Source: a virus
Lineage: Duplodnaviria; Caudoviricetes
Reading direction: 5' to 3' (one strand)
Length of the DNA stretch: 57,107 bases
Virus record (IMG/VR): IMGVR_UViG_3300017774_005323
Span: 1-57,107 of that record
A program made the translations under genes and the position numbers. The first letter of the stretch is position 1. Every line of letters starts with the position of its first letter. The notes under the pieces are model-generated. The model made no database searches and had not been told where the DNA came from. It saw nothing but the letters and a program-made list of their open reading frames with translations. Of the stretch, positions 10,001 to 20,391 are shown one piece after another.

Positions 10001-10711
10001 ATGATTCGTGAACTTTTGAACCCTACCCAAAACGCTAATAACTTAGCGAAAATAGGTAAGACGGCGAGCGGTTGTTGCCCTGGAACAGCCGAAACCGAAT
10101 GCACTTACACGGTTTTGATACCGACTGCAAACGCGGTAAACAACATTATTTTTAAAGACACTGCGGGCAACAACAAAACCGTTACTTTCAGCCCTGCCGT
10201 AACTGGACAGGCGGCCGTTGTGAAAGCAATTTCAGACGCACTGAAAGCGAATGGCTTTGATGATGATGGCGACGGCATCCCTGGCATCCAAGCGCGTACT
10301 TTGGCAGCAAACACCGAATACTCGATCAACGGCGAAGTAGTTGTAGTTTCGATGCTACACAACACATCTACGACCGTGAACGCAGGAACGGCGCGCTGTG
10401 TAAAACGTGGCCTTTGTCGCGTTGCGGTATCTACCTTCACAGGCGGAGCAAGCACAGCGTTTACCATTAACGGTATTTCTTCGCCTTTGACTTCGATTAC
10501 ACCCGGTACAACCACAGCAGCGCAAGTGTTGACAAAAATCGACACTGCTTTGACTGCGGGCCTTGGTGCGAACAAATACGGAAGCATTGGCGTAACCGAC
10601 AACACCACATCCTACGATTTGGTGTTCTACGTTCCAGTAAACACCGTACTTGTGTTAGGCGGTGTTACATTGACGCTCGACCGTTGCGGCGAAGCCTTTA
10701 CCGTTGCTTAA
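10001..10711 (+). CDS. Structural/decoration protein (putative)
   Basis: 236 aa, Thr/Ala/Val-rich beta protein followed by a hairpin. Confidence 0.6.
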   Translation: MIRELLNPTQNANNLAKIGKTASGCCPGTAETECTYTVLIPTANAVNNIIFKDTAGNNKTVTFSPAVTGQAAVVKAISDALKANGFDDDGDGIPGIQARTLAANTEYSINGEVVVVSMLHNTSTTVNAGTARCVKRGLCRVAVSTFTGGASTAFTINGISSPLTSITPGTTTAAQVLTKIDTALTAGLGANKYGSIGVTDNTTSYDLVFYVPVNTVLVLGGVTLTLDRCGEAFTVA

Positions 10712-10781
10712 TCGAAACCCTGGGAAATTCATAACAATGGCCTGTCTGTTTAACAGGCGGGCCATTTTCAAAAACAGAAAA

Positions 10782-11258
10782 ATGAAACAACTATTTTTTG
10801 CAATTTGCCTTATTCTTTTTTGCGCGAACATTTTAAACGCGCAATTGGTAACGGCGCGCCTTCCGGTATCTTACTCGAAAGTAGCACCGACACTAAAACC
10901 GATCCTTGGTACAACTTCGCACCTTTGGTACAATTCAAGCGTAAGCACGGCAAGCGCTTTGCAAGTGTATGATCGCATCGCGGGGACTTGGTATGCAGCC
11001 GCCGTAAAAAAATTGGATGCAAGCGCTACGCTCGACTTTGGTTCTGTCAACTCGAATTTAACAGCCGATTTGTTTATTCGCATTCCAGGAGTATTGGCAG
11101 GGGAAAAGGTTATTTTGGGCCTACCCTTCAACATACCAGCGGGCGCAATGTACAACGCGAAGGCAACCAATGACACAATATTCATTCGCTACCACAATGC
11201 AACAGCCGGGGCCGTTAATCCGGTTGCGGGTGTTTTTTCAGTTACCGTTTTACGATAA
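10782..11258 (+). CDS. Exported fibre-tip-like protein with Sec signal peptide
   Basis: MKQLFFAICLILFCANILNA|Q; C-terminal beta domain ATLDFGSV...AVNPVAGVFSVTV. Confidence 0.65.
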   Translation: MKQLFFAICLILFCANILNAQLVTARLPVSYSKVAPTLKPILGTTSHLWYNSSVSTASALQVYDRIAGTWYAAAVKKLDASATLDFGSVNSNLTADLFIRIPGVLAGEKVILGLPFNIPAGAMYNAKATNDTIFIRYHNATAGAVNPVAGVFSVTVLR

Positions 11259-11317
11259 TTTTAGAAAGGTAGTCGACACTAAAAATGTCGGCTACCTTTC
11301 ATTTAAAACCAAAACCC

Positions 11318-11893
11318 ATGCGACTATTTATTTTTGTATTACTTTTGTGTAACGCTTTTTCAGCACATGCCCAATTCGATACCATACCGCCAAATGTGGG
11401 CGAGGTTTGGCGCTGGAATGGCAGTATCTTTTCGGCAGACACTTTGCCGCTTAACGGCGATCTAACAGGAAACAGCGAACGCGCGAAGGTTAAGAAGTTG
11501 CAGGGTGTTGAGGTTGCTCCGGATGAACCATTAGACGGCGAAATGCTAATTTATAGCGGCACTTCCCTAAAATACGAACCTTCGCTACCAAGGGCGGCGC
11601 AATCCTACAACACTATTACGGGCGTGATCGGGCCGATTGAATTATCGAGCGCAAAAACCGATAATTTTATAAATCAAGGCAGCACACAAGCGTCTTTTAC
11701 TTTTTCGCTACCTGGCAGTGTTGCAGACGGCTTTGTATCAAGGCTTGTTTTTAACAATGCCGTCACATCCTTAACGATCAACAGTGCCGACGCATCTTCC
11801 ATTTTTGGCACCGTCCCGACTACAACGGCAGGATACGGCGTTTACACGTTTAAGTTTTACACGGGTATAGGATGGATTCGCACAAGTGAGTAA
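11318..11893 (+). CDS. Exported short fibre-like protein with Sec signal peptide
   Basis: MRLFIFVLLLCNAFSAHA|Q; LNGDLTG...AKVKKLQG...PLDGEMLIYSGT fibre motif. Confidence 0.65.
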   Translation: MRLFIFVLLLCNAFSAHAQFDTIPPNVGEVWRWNGSIFSADTLPLNGDLTGNSERAKVKKLQGVEVAPDEPLDGEMLIYSGTSLKYEPSLPRAAQSYNTITGVIGPIELSSAKTDNFINQGSTQASFTFSLPGSVADGFVSRLVFNNAVTSLTINSADASSIFGTVPTTTAGYGVYTFKFYTGIGWIRTSE

Positions 11894-11921
11894 CTAATTT
11901 TTCATCATAAAAACGCATACA

Positions 11922-12401
11922 ATGAAAAACGTCTTAATTCTTTCCTTTTTGCTTTGCTTTTTATCAGCAAGCGCACAATCCCCAAAATACAATTTTAAAG
12001 CCGCTTTTAGATCGGCTATTTTGCCTGCTTCGCTTGCTTTTGTTGGCGGTGTTGCCGGGGGTACGCGAGAAGCTACAATGTGGCGAAAAGACCGCTTTTT
12101 TGAGGTGTTTCCAAAAGCAAACCGCCAATATTGGGACAATCATTTGTCGTGGCGCAATAAATACACCCGACCTTGGTATGTTCCTGTTCAATTGACAGAC
12201 AGTTACCACATGCTTTACGCCGTCCATAACATCGGGCTTGCGGGCGCTTCGATCACAGGAACGGCGCATGTTTCTAAAAACTGGAAATCAAAACCGATAA
12301 AGCATAGGGTTTTAGACATTTTGATTCAAAGCGCTTGTGTTTCGGCTGCTTATTTTGTAGGCAGCGAGGCTACATTTGGCCTGCTTTTTAAAAGACGATA
12401 A
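11922..12401 (+). CDS. Signal-peptide membrane protein
   Basis: MKNVLILSFLLCFLSASA|Q plus hydrophobic segments. Confidence 0.65.
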   Translation: MKNVLILSFLLCFLSASAQSPKYNFKAAFRSAILPASLAFVGGVAGGTREATMWRKDRFFEVFPKANRQYWDNHLSWRNKYTRPWYVPVQLTDSYHMLYAVHNIGLAGASITGTAHVSKNWKSKPIKHRVLDILIQSACVSAAYFVGSEATFGLLFKRR

Positions 12402-12402
12402 A

Positions 12403-15045
12403 ATGAAAAAAATACTATTATTCGCGTTTTTTGCCCTGCTCGCTTCATTTACAGACGCGCAAACTTTCACTTTTGAATGTTATTGCGGCGATCTGTCCGG
12501 GGTGCGTTGTGACATTTGCACAGGACAAACACAAACCCGCTTTTTTTGCGGGCTTTTGGTGAAAAAATCGGGCACCGTTGTAAAATGGATCGACGCACCC
12601 TACCTAATCCAATGGCAGGGCAATAATGCGATTATTAAGGAGATCATACCAAACCCGGAAAGCATAACGATCAATCTTTCGGGTACTTCTTTTGCTAATT
12701 TAGCCGCTTTCAAAGCCGCTTTAGAATGCCCTTGCAACGTCCCTGGCAAACTGTTCTACATTTCGGATAGCCTACGCACGACAAAGGTAATGCGCAATGA
12801 TACGGTGACAATGGTAGGCAGGGGCGGTGCAAGTATTCTACTCGACACAACAAACCAAAAGTTTATCGTAACGGCGGCAACTGGCGCGGCGCAAGTTTTG
12901 AGCGCAACGGGGGCCGGGCCAACGCGGTACAACATCGCGCTTTCGGGCGGCGGCGGTGCGGCTGTTTTGAAAGAAGGCACAACGGGCATAGACTTGTCAC
13001 GGTCAAATGATACAATTACAATCAACAATACAGCACCCGATCAAACAGTAAGCATAACGGGCGGGGGTATTAATGTTGTAGCAGGAACCTACCCAAATTT
13101 CACAATCACAGGCACAGAGGTTGACGGCAACACGGCAAACGAGGGCGTTTTGGGCGTTGGTGCGGGCAGTGCCACATCGTCCGTTTTGCTGTCCAATACA
13201 ACAGGCGCAAGCGGGGTAACGATTAATGCGGCGGGCATAAACACAATTTCCGAAACGACAAGCGCAAACGGTGGGCAAATTACCATAACCGCTACTGAGG
13301 TGGACGGTTCAACAACAAACGAAATCCAAACAATCGCTAATACAAGCGATGCAACAAGTCACACGGCAACGCTTTCAAGTTCGGGCGGGTCTGTTAAGTT
13401 GGTCGAAGGATCAAATATAAGCCTAACAACAACGGGAACGGGTAGTGATGGCATTGTGACAATTGCGGCAACGGGCGGCGGGGTAACATCACTTAATTCG
13501 CTTACAGGCGCTTTGAGCATCTTAGGTGAGCGCGGTATAACAATTGGCGCATCTACGCCTAACATAACGGTAGGCTTGCCAACATCGACAAATACGCACA
13601 CTTTGCGGTACGACGGTACAAACTGGATTACAAACAGCCAAATCACAAACAACGGCAACGAAATAGGCATAGGCGGCGCGCCGCTTTCAGGCTTTGAGGC
13701 TTATATTAACGGCGCTACCCGAATGGACGGGGCAATGGTAAGCAGGGGCGCTGGCAACCCGGTATCAGGTATAACATCGCCACATGCAAGGCTTTGGAAC
13801 ACAACACTGTCAACAGGTGACACATGGTATTTAGCATCGCTCGACACGGGCGCGTTCCATTTGATTAGCGGTAATTTAGGCGCAAGTGTTCTAATGGCAA
13901 CAACAGCCGGGCAAGTACAAACAAATGCAGGGTTAAGGATCGGCAGCGTTTCGGGTACACCTACAAGTATAATCGGCAGAAACGCAAGCGGTGATGTTGG
14001 CGCAATTAGCATAGGTTCGGGCCTTACGCTTTCGGGCGGTTCGCTTTCGGCTGCGGCGGGTAGTTCAAATTGGACGGTTTCGGGTTCGGACATTTACAGA
14101 TTAAGCAATGTATCGGTAGGAACAACAACCGCAACGGGCGCAAAACTGCAAGTAACAGACGCAACAGATGCGGATATAATATTGGCAACAGATGGCACCC
14201 TTGTTTCGGGCGATGCGTTTTTTCGTACATCGGGAACGCTTGGAACAACAGGCGGATTTACTTATGCTTTCGATGGCAGTGTATCGGCAACGGGTAGTAA
14301 TGTCATAAGCCGCACATTCAACACATCGACTACAAACGCGGCATCAAACGCCATTAGGCAAGTGATTGTAGGCGGCGGTAGCGCGGGCGACCCAATATCG
14401 CAATACATCGTAAACGGTGCAACGACTTGGACAACAGGTATAGATAATAGTGTTTCTGGCGATCCGTTCAAATTATCAGCAAGCACTGTGCCGGGAACGT
14501 CGGACGTTATGGAGATTGCAACGGGCGGCTATTTTGGGTTTTCCACAACACCCGCAACAGATTTAACAGCGCGATGGGGGCTTGCAATTCCTTTTGGACT
14601 ACCAACGGGCGGTACTGCAAACAGGCACACATCATCTATTGCGGGCATTTGGGGGAATTCAGATTTAAACCGGATCGAAGCAAAAACGGCGGCGGGAACA
14701 ACATACAAAACACTTCTTAGTTACGCTACCCCAACAGCGACAAAACAGGCGGCGGCTGGATCAACAGGAACGGCGACACTTGCAACAAACTCAAATGATA
14801 AGGCAGGTCAGGTCACAATAGTAGTTTCTGGGACGGGCATAACATCTGGGCCGCTTGTAAATATAACCTATTCTGGTTCAATGCTTGGAACGCCGTTTGT
14901 GACATTAACCGCTCGGAATGGCCCCGCTGCCGGGCAAATGACAAACTTTTTTATCGGCAGCCAAAGCAGCACAGTTTTTTCTATTGACGCAAACACAGCG
15001 CCCGCCGCTGGAACATACATTCTGAATTATTCAGTGCAGCAATAG
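12403..15045 (+). CDS. Large fibre/adhesin-like protein (880 aa) with Sec signal peptide
   Basis: MKKILLFAFFALLASFTDA|Q; Gly/Thr/Ser-rich; TEVDG...NE repeats and GIG fibre motifs. Confidence 0.75.
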   Translation: MKKILLFAFFALLASFTDAQTFTFECYCGDLSGVRCDICTGQTQTRFFCGLLVKKSGTVVKWIDAPYLIQWQGNNAIIKEIIPNPESITINLSGTSFANLAAFKAALECPCNVPGKLFYISDSLRTTKVMRNDTVTMVGRGGASILLDTTNQKFIVTAATGAAQVLSATGAGPTRYNIALSGGGGAAVLKEGTTGIDLSRSNDTITINNTAPDQTVSITGGGINVVAGTYPNFTITGTEVDGNTANEGVLGVGAGSATSSVLLSNTTGASGVTINAAGINTISETTSANGGQITITATEVDGSTTNEIQTIANTSDATSHTATLSSSGGSVKLVEGSNISLTTTGTGSDGIVTIAATGGGVTSLNSLTGALSILGERGITIGASTPNITVGLPTSTNTHTLRYDGTNWITNSQITNNGNEIGIGGAPLSGFEAYINGATRMDGAMVSRGAGNPVSGITSPHARLWNTTLSTGDTWYLASLDTGAFHLISGNLGASVLMATTAGQVQTNAGLRIGSVSGTPTSIIGRNASGDVGAISIGSGLTLSGGSLSAAAGSSNWTVSGSDIYRLSNVSVGTTTATGAKLQVTDATDADIILATDGTLVSGDAFFRTSGTLGTTGGFTYAFDGSVSATGSNVISRTFNTSTTNAASNAIRQVIVGGGSAGDPISQYIVNGATTWTTGIDNSVSGDPFKLSASTVPGTSDVMEIATGGYFGFSTTPATDLTARWGLAIPFGLPTGGTANRHTSSIAGIWGNSDLNRIEAKTAAGTTYKTLLSYATPTATKQAAAGSTGTATLATNSNDKAGQVTIVVSGTGITSGPLVNITYSGSMLGTPFVTLTARNGPAAGQMTNFFIGSQSSTVFSIDANTAPAAGTYILNYSVQQ

Positions 15046-15114
15046 CGCAAAAACAATACTTTCTTTTTTGGGTTTTTGGCCGTAAATTTGCGCTATCCCC
15101 TGCAAAAATTAGCC

Positions 15115-15447
15115 ATGTCAGAAATCGAAAAATCAGAGCAAGAAAAGGAGTTTGACGCATGGGGACTTTCTAAAATCCTTGTGCGTAACATTGTTGTAGG
15201 GTTTATCATTTGCCTTTTATCGGCAATTGCGTACCTTTCTGCAACAATTCGCACCAAAGAGTCACTGAATAAGCAACTTCAATGCGAATTAATCATTTGC
15301 AAAGAGGATGCTACCCGGCAAGTTGAGCGCCTGAAAGATCAACAAATAAAACTGATGGAGCAAATTAGCGCCATTTACGAAAAACAAGTTGAGGTGGAGC
15401 GCAATGTGCAAGCCACTGTAAAAAAGTTGAGAAACCTGGATAAATGA
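15115..15447 (+). CDS. Holin-like or lysis membrane protein
   Basis: Single TM plus coiled coil, in the cluster before the endolysin. Confidence 0.5.
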   Translation: MSEIEKSEQEKEFDAWGLSKILVRNIVVGFIICLLSAIAYLSATIRTKESLNKQLQCELIICKEDATRQVERLKDQQIKLMEQISAIYEKQVEVERNVQATVKKLRNLDK

Positions 15448-15680
15448 AAACATTAATCGCGTTTATTATTTTTGAGGTCTTTGCATTTTTTGCGGTGATC
15501 TTTTATTTTGAAGGGCAAACACCAAAGCCAAAAGCAAGTACGGCCGATGTTGAACGCATCGAGCATGTAAACGACAGCATCGCGGTCAAACTAATAAAAG
15601 ATAGTTTGCGATTTGATAACGCTCTAAAGCAGTCAAAAGCGATGCGAAAAGAAGTTGAAACTTTAACTAAACATAAATAA
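15444..15680 (+). CDS. Membrane-anchored small protein (lysis cluster)
   Basis: N-terminal TM; ATGA overlap with the previous gene. Confidence 0.5.
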   Translation: MKTLIAFIIFEVFAFFAVIFYFEGQTPKPKASTADVERIEHVNDSIAVKLIKDSLRFDNALKQSKAMRKEVETLTKHK

Positions 15681-15684
15681 AAAA

Positions 15685-16083
15685 ATGGGAAACCAGCCAA
15701 TTTGGAAGCGTGAAAACTTCCTTTTCAATTTGATTATGCTTGTGGGCGTGGGCTTTGGCCTTTCAACCGGACTTGCAAGCGAAACCGTTGCTTACCTTTT
15801 GGGCGTTGTTGGCCTTGTGGGTAACTGGCGATTGTTTGTAAAAGATGCAAAGTTCGCGGGATTTTTAGCGATCTTGAAAAATCCGAACTTTTGGCCGTTC
15901 TTGTTGGGCTTTCTTACGTCCTTTTCTCCGGTACTTGGAAGCCTTGTCCCTTCGCTCAAAGATTTATTCGATGCGATCATTGCAAAGAACTACGGCGCAA
16001 TGCTTACGGCGGTTTTCTCGATTGGTGCAGTAATTTGGGGGATAATTCAAAACCCGCCAAAACCAGCAACGGCAAACGCATAA
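15685..16083 (+). CDS. Multi-TM holin candidate
   Basis: Three to four hydrophobic helices; adjacent to the endolysin. Confidence 0.55.
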   Translation: MGNQPIWKRENFLFNLIMLVGVGFGLSTGLASETVAYLLGVVGLVGNWRLFVKDAKFAGFLAILKNPNFWPFLLGFLTSFSPVLGSLVPSLKDLFDAIIAKNYGAMLTAVFSIGAVIWGIIQNPPKPATANA

Positions 16084-16170
16084 ATAATAAAGAGTGTTCA
16101 ATGGGATTTTTCGGGCTTGCCAAACGTGGCGAGCCTTTTTTATTTCCATTACCTTTGTAAAAACCCAAAA

Positions 16171-16620
16171 ATGAAAGTTTCAAAGAATTTTGTTATAGAG
16201 GAGTTTGTGCCACCTCAAATAATACGCCTTTACAAAGGCGATGAACGCTGCTTGTGGTTTGTTGACCCGCGCATTATTGAAGGCGGTCAATTAGTGCGCG
16301 ATATACTCGACAGCGCTATAACGATCAACAACTACCATGTAGGAGGGCCGTACAAAGAACGCGGCTTTAGACTGCCAAACACAAGAACGGGCGCGTCTTA
16401 TTCACAGCATCGTTTTGGCCGGGCGATTGATCTTTCGAGCGAAAAATATACCCCTCTTGAAATCATTGAAGCAATGCGGGCCAATTATAGCAAATTTGCA
16501 GAAATTGGAATATGCACAATTGAAAACCCTGAATTTACAAAAACCTGGGTACACATGGATTGCAGACCCGCGCTTTCGATCTACCCAAAAAACGACTTTT
16601 TTATGGTAAATCCGGTTTAA
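16171..16620 (+). CDS. Endolysin, peptidase M15 family
   Basis: SKNFVIEEF, GFR, SQHRFGRAID and WVHMD Zn-binding motifs. Confidence 0.88.
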   Translation: MKVSKNFVIEEFVPPQIIRLYKGDERCLWFVDPRIIEGGQLVRDILDSAITINNYHVGGPYKERGFRLPNTRTGASYSQHRFGRAIDLSSEKYTPLEIIEAMRANYSKFAEIGICTIENPEFTKTWVHMDCRPALSIYPKNDFFMVNPV

Positions 16621-16634
16621 TCCTTTCGTAAAAA

Positions 16635-16725
16635 TACGTTGGTCGATTAAAAGTGTGCGTTTGTCGATAAATAAGGCACGTTCGTCGATACGATGGGAAA
16701 AATTAGGATGGCGCTATTATCTTTG
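16635..16725 (+). promoter_or_regulatory. Triple-box promoter P1
   Basis: GTCGAT at 16642, 16663, 16684; TATCTTTG at 16718. Confidence 0.85.
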
Positions 16726-16761
16726 TAAGGTCAATAAGACAAAACGCAAAAAATAAATAAC

Positions 16762-16995
16762 ATGGAATTGTCATCGAACTTACAAGGAAAATCACAACAA
16801 GAAATAATTGAAGCCGCTCATAATGTAGCGTGTAATTCATTTATAAAAAATGGCAACAGGGCAGTACCCTTTACTGAAAACAATGAACTTCGCCTTTTGG
16901 TAGGCGGGCAGTATTCATCTTACGAAGAATTGTCTAAACTTATAATTACTGCATACAACCAAATGCAATGCGATTTAATACTTGCAAATATGTAG
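16762..16995 (+). CDS. Small accessory protein (P1 cassette)
   Basis: 77 aa between P1 and a terminator. Confidence 0.7.
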   Translation: MELSSNLQGKSQQEIIEAAHNVACNSFIKNGNRAVPFTENNELRLLVGGQYSSYEELSKLIITAYNQMQCDLILANM

Positions 16996-17015
16996 CAGTT
17001 TTCTAAGCCAAACAA

Positions 17016-17047
17016 AACGCCTTGCACATCGCAGGGCGTTTCTTTTT
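17016..17047 (+). terminator. Intrinsic terminator
   Basis: aaacgccttgc-acatc-gcagggcgttt plus T-rich tail. Confidence 0.75.
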
Positions 17048-17103
17048 GTGTTACATATTTGGCGGTCTGATACTTATGTGCTACATTTGTGGAAACAAAA
17101 AGC

Positions 17104-17307
17104 ATGGAAGAAAAAACAAAACGACCGCGACAAAAAGGAATCGGCAAAGGTAGGCCAACCCTTCACGGGGTTAAAATGGTCACAATGACTTTACGCATTT
17201 TGCCCGAAAACAAAGAATGGTTAACGGCGCATTTCGGGCCTAAAAATGTTTGCCGCGAAATAAACAATTTATTCACCAAACTAAGGCAAAATGAAGAAGG
17301 AATATAA
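17104..17307 (+). CDS. Ribbon-helix-helix (Arc/CopG-like) regulator
   Basis: GKGRP followed by VTMTLRILPENKEWL beta-alpha-alpha pattern. Confidence 0.55.
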   Translation: MEEKTKRPRQKGIGKGRPTLHGVKMVTMTLRILPENKEWLTAHFGPKNVCREINNLFTKLRQNEEGI

Positions 17308-17476
17308 ACCGCTCGAAAAGATCACCGTCGAACCAAAAGACAACTTTACGCACAACGGGCAAATAAAAAGCGCCCTTGTGAGAATTGCCGATCTTAAAGA
17401 ACAAATTGCAGACCTCAAAGTTGAAATAGAACTATTAAGGCAACGTTTGCGACTTTTTGAAGGGCATTTGAAATAA
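17291..17476 (+). CDS. Small coiled-coil protein
   Basis: Heptads IADLKEQIADLKVEIELL. Confidence 0.6.
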   Translation: MKKEYKPLEKITVEPKDNFTHNGQIKSALVRIADLKEQIADLKVEIELLRQRLRLFEGHLK

Positions 17477-17502
17477 ATCATTCATCACTAAATAAAAAAC
17501 GC

Positions 17503-18264
17503 ATGGAAAAGGATTTAATTCCGCAGTTAATTGGCCGCGAAGAAATTGCAACGCTCGCACGGGCCGGGGTAATTCCAGCAAACACGCCGCCTGACATTCT
17601 GAAAGTGTTTGCTATTACGGCAAACCAGCATAAACTTTCACCGTTCAAAAAAGAAATCTATCTGATACCCTACAAGGGCACTTACAGTATCATTGTAGGC
17701 ATTGACGGGATGCGGGCAAAGGCGGCACGTTCGGGCCTGGCAGCAGGGAAAGACGATGCAAAGTTTGACTTGCAAGCCGATGGAACATACCAAACGGCGG
17801 CGCAACTTGTAAACGGCAAACACTACCCAACATCTTGCACGGTTACGGTGTACAAGGTTGTTGGCGGTACACGTTGCCCGTTTACAAAAACCGTTCTTTT
17901 CCGGGAATATTGCCCCGCAAACCCGCCCGCAACAAGCAAATGGCTTACCATGCCGTTTAATATGATCGAAAAGGTTGCAGAAGCACACGCTTTGCGCATG
18001 GCTTTTGCAGATGAAGTTGCCGGGCTTAATATCGAGGAGGAGGAGTACGCTATTCAAGATTTGACAATCGAATCTGTAAAGGGAACTGAGCAGGAAGAAG
18101 CATACCTGCATGAAGACTATGTGAGCGAGATCATTGCTTGCAAAACCAAGTCCGAATTAAAGGCGCTTTACGAGCGCCAAAAACAAGGGTTTGAAAACGG
18201 TACGAAACTGGCAGCGCTTTACTACGATGCTATTGTTAAGCATGGAAAAAGCCTACCTGAATGA
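17503..18264 (+). CDS. recT: RecT/Red-beta ssDNA annealing protein
   Basis: LSPFKKEIYLIPY...VGIDGMRAKA and WLTMP..MIEKVAEAHALRMAF. Confidence 0.88.
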   Translation: MEKDLIPQLIGREEIATLARAGVIPANTPPDILKVFAITANQHKLSPFKKEIYLIPYKGTYSIIVGIDGMRAKAARSGLAAGKDDAKFDLQADGTYQTAAQLVNGKHYPTSCTVTVYKVVGGTRCPFTKTVLFREYCPANPPATSKWLTMPFNMIEKVAEAHALRMAFADEVAGLNIEEEEYAIQDLTIESVKGTEQEEAYLHEDYVSEIIACKTKSELKALYERQKQGFENGTKLAALYYDAIVKHGKSLPE

Positions 18265-19175
18265 GCGAATTTACCGATTTATTTGAAGATGGCTATGTAG
18301 AGCCTAAAGCCGATGAAAAAGCCGCGCTTATTGCGGAATTGCAAAGCGGTAACTACAAACTGTCTTTTTCGAGCCTTAGTGCCTTCGCCGTTTCGCCCGG
18401 TGCGTTTATCGCGTACAAGTTGCAGGAACAAAAAAACACGCTTGCTATGCTTTTGGGTAGCGCCGTGCATTGCCTTATTTTAGAATCTGAAAGGTATGCA
18501 GAACGCTACTTTATTGCGCCCGATGTGAACGGCGCTACAAAAGAAGGAAAAGAGGCATGGAAAAAAATCTATGCAGACTTTGTGTGTGAGCCTGAAATAG
18601 ACTTCAAAATGAAGATTGACGACATTATTAAGGCGGTCAAAGATTCTACCGGGGTGATCGTACTACCTGGGAAAGTTGACAAAGAAGCAAAGTTTCGGGC
18701 GCGTTCCGTTCTTAGAAACAGCGCTTGCCGTTACGTTTTGGACAGCATCACAGAAACCGAGGTCGCGGTAAATTGGGAATTTTGCGGTATCAATTTCCGG
18801 GGCTTCATTGACGCAAAAGGACACGACGGCAAACAGGGCATAATTTTAGACCTTAAAAATATGCCCGATGCAACGCTATACAAGGCGCAAAGCGCTATTT
18901 GGTCGCGTCGTTTGCACTGGCAAGCATTTGGATATGATAAAGCCGTTGGAGGCGGCAACGCTTGCCATATTGCAGCAGTAGACGGCAACGGCGAAACATC
19001 CGTGCATTGCTTTAGCGATAAAAACCTTTGGAGTGCTGAACGGCAACTTGCAAAGTATTGCTACGAATTTAAACGGTGCATTCTCGAAAGCATGTTTGAC
19101 CCTACAATCTGGGATGCTTCGCAGGATTTTTGGCTAAAAACAGATATGAACACGCACGGAATCAACTATTTGTAA
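18261..19175 (+). CDS. RecE/exonuclease VIII-like PD-(D/E)XK nuclease
   Basis: LSFSSL, AMLLGSAVHCLILE, RGFID, ILDLK, LHWQAFGY; coupled to recT. Confidence 0.8.
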   Translation: MSEFTDLFEDGYVEPKADEKAALIAELQSGNYKLSFSSLSAFAVSPGAFIAYKLQEQKNTLAMLLGSAVHCLILESERYAERYFIAPDVNGATKEGKEAWKKIYADFVCEPEIDFKMKIDDIIKAVKDSTGVIVLPGKVDKEAKFRARSVLRNSACRYVLDSITETEVAVNWEFCGINFRGFIDAKGHDGKQGIILDLKNMPDATLYKAQSAIWSRRLHWQAFGYDKAVGGGNACHIAAVDGNGETSVHCFSDKNLWSAERQLAKYCYEFKRCILESMFDPTIWDASQDFWLKTDMNTHGINYL

Positions 19176-19195
19176 ACAATAAAAAACGCTAAAAA

Positions 19196-19597
19196 ATGGC
19201 AGAAACATCATTCACAGTACGCGGTACGCTTGCCGTCCTATTCGACACGGAGGTAAAAAGCGATAAGTTTCAAACGCGAAACTTTGTTATTGAAACGCCG
19301 GGCGAATATCCGCAACTAATCCAATTCCAAGCCGTAAACGAGCGATGCGGCATTCTTGACAATTTCCAACAAGGGCAAGAGATCGACGTTTCCTTTGATC
19401 TTCGCGGGCGCGAATGGAACGGTAAATACATTACCAACCTTAATGCCTGGAAAATCGTAAGTGTTGCAAACCCGGTTCAACAAACCAAATTACCAGCGCC
19501 GGGCGCAACACGGGCAACGCAACCGAAACCACAACCAGCAAACGACCCGTTTCCAACCTACAAAGGCGCGGGCGGTGAAGACGATCTACCCTTCTAA
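19196..19597 (+). CDS. Single-stranded DNA-binding protein (DUF3127 type)
   Basis: FDLRGREWNGKYITNLNAWKI and acidic DDLPF tail. Confidence 0.88.
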   Translation: MAETSFTVRGTLAVLFDTEVKSDKFQTRNFVIETPGEYPQLIQFQAVNERCGILDNFQQGQEIDVSFDLRGREWNGKYITNLNAWKIVSVANPVQQTKLPAPGATRATQPKPQPANDPFPTYKGAGGEDDLPF

Positions 19598-19599
19598 TT

Positions 19600-20145
19600 A
19601 TGGATAAGATCAACGCAGTAAAGGGCATTATGGTCGAAGGGGGCAAACTAAATTCAGAGGCAAGCGCACAAATACGCGCTTGCCTTAATGAAATACCCAA
19701 CGGAACGCAGGTTATTATCGGCATCACGCCGTTCAATAGCATTGCCGGGGCGCTGGATATTGTACCGCTCGACCAACTACTGAAGGATGCAGCGCACCTG
19801 GAAAAATTAGCAAGAACAGACGTAGACCACACGCAAGTCGAAGCGGTTATGGACTTGCTTAACGAATTATCGACATGGCTACCCTATGCAGGAAAATTGC
19901 AGGGTAACGCAAAGTATTATTTGAGGGTAGCGCAATCGAACGCGCTTTCGAATTTACCAGATTGGGCGCTAAATGGCACCCCGACAGATCGCAAGCGTTG
20001 GAGCGAAACACAATGCGCCGAATATGAAGCGCTTTACGAACAATGCGAAAGGATGGTTGCAGCGATAACGCACAGGTGCGACCACTTACGCACTTTCATT
20101 TCCTACGAAAAATCTTTGGCACAATTAAACAACATTCAAAAATGA
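19600..20145 (+). CDS. Hypothetical helical protein (possible recombination mediator)
   Basis: 181 aa in the recombination operon. Confidence 0.6.
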   Translation: MDKINAVKGIMVEGGKLNSEASAQIRACLNEIPNGTQVIIGITPFNSIAGALDIVPLDQLLKDAAHLEKLARTDVDHTQVEAVMDLLNELSTWLPYAGKLQGNAKYYLRVAQSNALSNLPDWALNGTPTDRKRWSETQCAEYEALYEQCERMVAAITHRCDHLRTFISYEKSLAQLNNIQK

Positions 20146-20255
20146 CAAAAGAACAATTGAAATACAAAACCAGCGCCCAAATTATTTGCGTATGCGCTAC
20201 GCTGTTTGTGGCCCTTGTGATCGGCACGGCACTACTTGAGCATTGGCCTAAATAA
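20142..20255 (+). CDS. Small single-TM protein
   Basis: ATGA-coupled 37-aa ORF followed by a terminator (20275-20309). Confidence 0.5.
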   Translation: MTKEQLKYKTSAQIICVCATLFVALVIGTALLEHWPK

Positions 20256-20391
20256 ATAAAGTGTGCCAATTTTTAGCCCTGATATTGCAAAACAGTATCG
20301 GGGCTTTTTATTTCCTGTAACTTTGCACTATTAAGTAGTTGATAAACAATTCATTGGCATATACTTTGCACATTTAAAAACAAAAAACCGC

